NCBI GenBank assembly: GCA_021613535.1
Contig: CP075492.1
Span: 14,384,001 to 14,448,000 of the forward strand
From: Adineta vaga
Lineage: Eukaryota > Animalia > Rotifera
Direction of reading: 5' to 3'
Length of the DNA stretch: 64,000 bases
Part shown: piece after piece, positions 61,151 to 64,000 of the stretch
How positions within the stretch are numbered: the stretch's first letter is position 1
How the letters are laid out: each line of letters begins with the position of its first letter
The notes under the pieces: model-generated
The model's input: the letters and a program-made list of their open reading frames with translations, nothing else
The model's database searches: none
Told to the model about the DNA's origin: nothing
Program-made: the position numbers and the translations under genes

Positions 61151-64000
61151 TCATTCTGTTGAAAAGAGTTTTGTGCTATTGAATATAATACTTCCGACAT
61201 GTGATGTAATCGGTGCATGAGAATTATTTCGATTTTCTACTAAGTGTTTTACAAATTTCATTGGATTGGAGGTAAACCGACATTGCAAAATAGATAAACT
61301 AGAGCGATGTTCGGAATTTATAACGAATCCATCTGCTCCAATCCATCCTTGTTCAAAAGCGTCTGTCTCGAAAGGTGTTCGAGGCTTTGGACAAAGACCT
61401 AAGAATGCACAGTACGCGTTCTGTTCATGCATTGTTTGAAAATATAATGTTCCATTGAATAGAAATAATTCAGCTAATTGATTATCTGGTACGTTAAAAA
61501 TAGAATTACCTCTAGGGAGTCTTAGCGCCGGAGGAATACTAAGAGTTGGTGTATTGATGAAAATTGATTGATGTCGTTTCAGGCGTGGTAAGAACAAACG
61601 TAATGTGGTAGCTAATGAAGTATTCGATTGTAAATGATATATCAACCAATTTGCTTCGAATGCACTAACACAAATCATTGTTTCATTACGATAGATGATA
61701 ATCCATCGAGGTGGACGTAAAAATGGATCTAACCACTCACCATTTCTTTCTATGACACGTTGAAATTCAGTAGTAATCCAAAGATTTTCATGCCAACCAT
61801 TCGACGGACAATCTTGAAAAAATCCAGTGCCTACGAATGCCTGTGACAATGGTTGAAATATTGATGGCAGGTGTTTTAAATTGACTTTGTTTGCATTCGT
61901 ATCACATAATCTCTGGAGTTCTTCATGTAAGATCGGTACGCAAGGCTTTACTGGTGGAGGAGTTTCGCATTGTCGTTCTTCTTCTAATTCTTGTTCTAAT
62001 TCTTTCTCTTGTTCTTCATCTAGTAGTTGTGCTAGTCGTTTTTTTGAACCACTATATGTTTTCAATTGATCTTTTACTTTTTGATGAATGTCTGGTAAAG
62101 ATGCAGATTGTTGTTGTCGAAATAGATAAATATCCAATACAGTTTGCATTTGTTTTGGTGAACCATACATTTGTTTCAATTCAATCACTTCAGGTTCTAA
62201 ACATTGTTGTACTAATTGTTCCATGATCGTATTGGTGAATGTTTCTTGATGATTTTTCCAATGAATATTTTGAAATGCGAGAACTTTCCGTTGATAACTC
62301 AAGCTTTGTGCTGCCCAATGATGAAAACCATCCCATATTGAATGAATTGTATTCTGATAAACCCAACGAAGAATATCGATAGCATAGCTATTTCGTTTCT
62401 TCGATATTCTAATCTGTTGATGAACTTCATTCGAACTCCAAAATGATAACGAATGACCATCTCCTAATCTTCGCATTCGCATACATGCTTGAACAAAACG
62501 ATCTTTTGTTAAACCAGTTCCTAATGTTACAGCAGCATGAAATCCACTTGGAAATTTAAAATCTGTTCCTCGAGTGTGAATTTCATCTAGATATATGATA
62601 CAACGATCAAGACGTTCACTAGCAGGAGATGTTAGAAATGAATGATGATGAAATTGACGATTACAAACTATAATCGAATCAGATTCTAAATAAATTGCAT
62701 AATCAATTTTGGTTTTATCCGACATTTCTAACCATTTTATCGCAACTTCACGATTGGTTTGATCAATAAATAATGCACCTACATCAAGAATCACTTGAAT
62801 CAATGATGTGTAATTGACGATTTCAGTTAAAATACTCATCGTGTTTGCATCCATGGGCAGCGATTGATATCTGTTATTTTCTGGTTTCAACAAATTATTA
62901 ACAACGATTGCATCGGTTTTTCGAAGTTTAGGTAAATCATATTGGCGTATAGAAACAGGTAGAAGTAGTTGTGTATCATTCGTTCCACTGAATCCAGTGA
63001 CGCGATGTGTTCGGTCTGCTGTCGAAAGATCCCATGCTGATGAAATCAATTTATATGGAAATTGTTTTGCTTCTCGAGGATAGACAAAATGATTGAGAAA
63101 GTAGTTAATAACAAGCGTATTGTATCGTAATGTTGGAAAGAGATAACAAGTTCGTTGATAATAATCTTTCAAATTCACATTCTTCCATTCTTTAATACTG
63201 ATATGAATTTGTTCTTGATTTTCCTGAAATATCCATTCGTCATAGATCAGTCTAGGATCACGTTCTTCTTCTATCAAACGATTAAAACAGTCCATCATTT
63301 GTGAATCTGTTAAACCAGAATAATAGTAGGAAAGTTGAGTTAAAACAATAGCGACATCAATATGACCAAATTCAGTTTTTTCAGCTGCGACGTCTTTCGC
63401 ACGAAATGGTACAGCCATAAGACGATTAAACGAAGAATTTGGATTGACACCATAATTAACACGAAATCGTTTTTTCAATGCAACTAATAAAACTTCGGAT
63501 GATAATAAACCACGAAGAGTAAGAAATAATTGAATATCATGATGTGAAAATTGATTAATCAGAGAATCGATCGATGTATTCGAATTTAAAATTAAATTTG
63601 AAATTAAATCTCGCTCATTTTGACGATAATTTTTTCGACTGAACCAATCTTCAGCTATTTTCTCACACAAAGTTGGATATGGTTTGTTGCCTAATAAATG
63701 AAATTTAGGGAAATGATTCTTATGTTCAATGAATTCAAAAGAAACTTCCTTTGAAAAGTTTTTTGCAATATCAGATGCATGTTTTCTCACTGATTCTAGA
63801 ACTATTTGGATAGTTTTCCAACGTTCTATACCACCGTCAATCTGTTGTTGACCACCCACTGTATATATTAATTGATATTTAACATGTAAAATTTCATCTG
63901 ATTCATCGAGAATATCACGAACGAAATGTTTTGACCAACATTGCATGAATAACATTAAACGACCAATATCGAATTCCTTTCGTCGACATTTATCGATAGT
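61151..64000 (-). CDS. Large DUF3638/DUF3645 protein (fungal/protist-type), C-terminal part; 5' end outside the window
   Basis: RDILDESDEIL, RVNYG...AVPFRAKD...EFGH.DV, GFSGT, LDE.HTRGTD, QACMRMRRLG, EEQEKELEQELEEERQ; frame open to 64000. Confidence 0.85.
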   Translation of the reverse strand, partial: TIDKCRRKEFDIGRLMLFMQCWSKHFVRDILDESDEILHVKYQLIYTVGGQQQIDGGIERWKTIQIVLESVRKHASDIAKNFSKEVSFEFIEHKNHFPKFHLLGNKPYPTLCEKIAEDWFSRKNYRQNERDLISNLILNSNTSIDSLINQFSHHDIQLFLTLRGLLSSEVLLVALKKRFRVNYGVNPNSSFNRLMAVPFRAKDVAAEKTEFGHIDVAIVLTQLSYYYSGLTDSQMMDCFNRLIEEERDPRLIYDEWIFQENQEQIHISIKEWKNVNLKDYYQRTCYLFPTLRYNTLVINYFLNHFVYPREAKQFPYKLISSAWDLSTADRTHRVTGFSGTNDTQLLLPVSIRQYDLPKLRKTDAIVVNNLLKPENNRYQSLPMDANTMSILTEIVNYTSLIQVILDVGALFIDQTNREVAIKWLEMSDKTKIDYAIYLESDSIIVCNRQFHHHSFLTSPASERLDRCIIYLDEIHTRGTDFKFPSGFHAAVTLGTGLTKDRFVQACMRMRRLGDGHSLSFWSSNEVHQQIRISKKRNSYAIDILRWVYQNTIHSIWDGFHHWAAQSLSYQRKVLAFQNIHWKNHQETFTNTIMEQLVQQCLEPEVIELKQMYGSPKQMQTVLDIYLFRQQQSASLPDIHQKVKDQLKTYSGSKKRLAQLLDEEQEKELEQELEEERQCETPPPVKPCVPILHEELQRLCDTNANKVNLKHLPSIFQPLSQAFVGTGFFQDCPSNGWHENLWITTEFQRVIERNGEWLDPFLRPPRWIIIYRNETMICVSAFEANWLIYHLQSNTSLATTLRLFLPRLKRHQSIFINTPTLSIPPALRLPRGNSIFNVPDNQLAELFLFNGTLYFQTMHEQNAYCAFLGLCPKPRTPFETDAFEQGWIGADGFVINSEHRSSLSILQCRFTSNPMKFVKHLVENRNNSHAPITSHVGSIIFNSTKLFSTE

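Overview
AT-rich, gene-dense eukaryotic DNA with many short GT-AG introns. It is most consistent with a bdelloid rotifer, probably Adineta-like. This is an inference from the (TGTGGG)n tracts, orphan GPCRs, ART-TPR, F-box and Pro-loop channel families, and intronless bacterial- or fungal-type genes. About 30 genes or gene remnants are present, enriched for ubiquitin, NAD+ and defence functions: a U-box/non-RD kinase with a 69-nt coding repeat tail, a BIR-BIR-UBA-RING IAP, an IpaH/SspH-like LRR-NEL E3 ligase, tandem septin/AIG1-like GTPases, a bacterial-type sirtuin, a deleted ART-TPR gene, an anti-LPS-factor-like pseudogene and a DUF3638/DUF3645 protein that runs off the window end. The most striking structure is at 27.7-31.8 kb. 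Four track ORFs there join into one ~1260-aa chain (two in-frame phase-1 introns plus one +1 frameshift). The chain holds exactly three 2-TM, Cys-rich-ectodomain modules with near-identical flanks and highly diverged cores, which suggests a single-chain pseudo-trimeric channel or receptor. A 256-bp MULE-like MITE carrying telomere-like repeats sits in an intron that splits a GTPase P-loop. Many +/-1 indels could be pseudogenisation or assembly errors. All family assignments come from motif recognition by eye; no searches were run.
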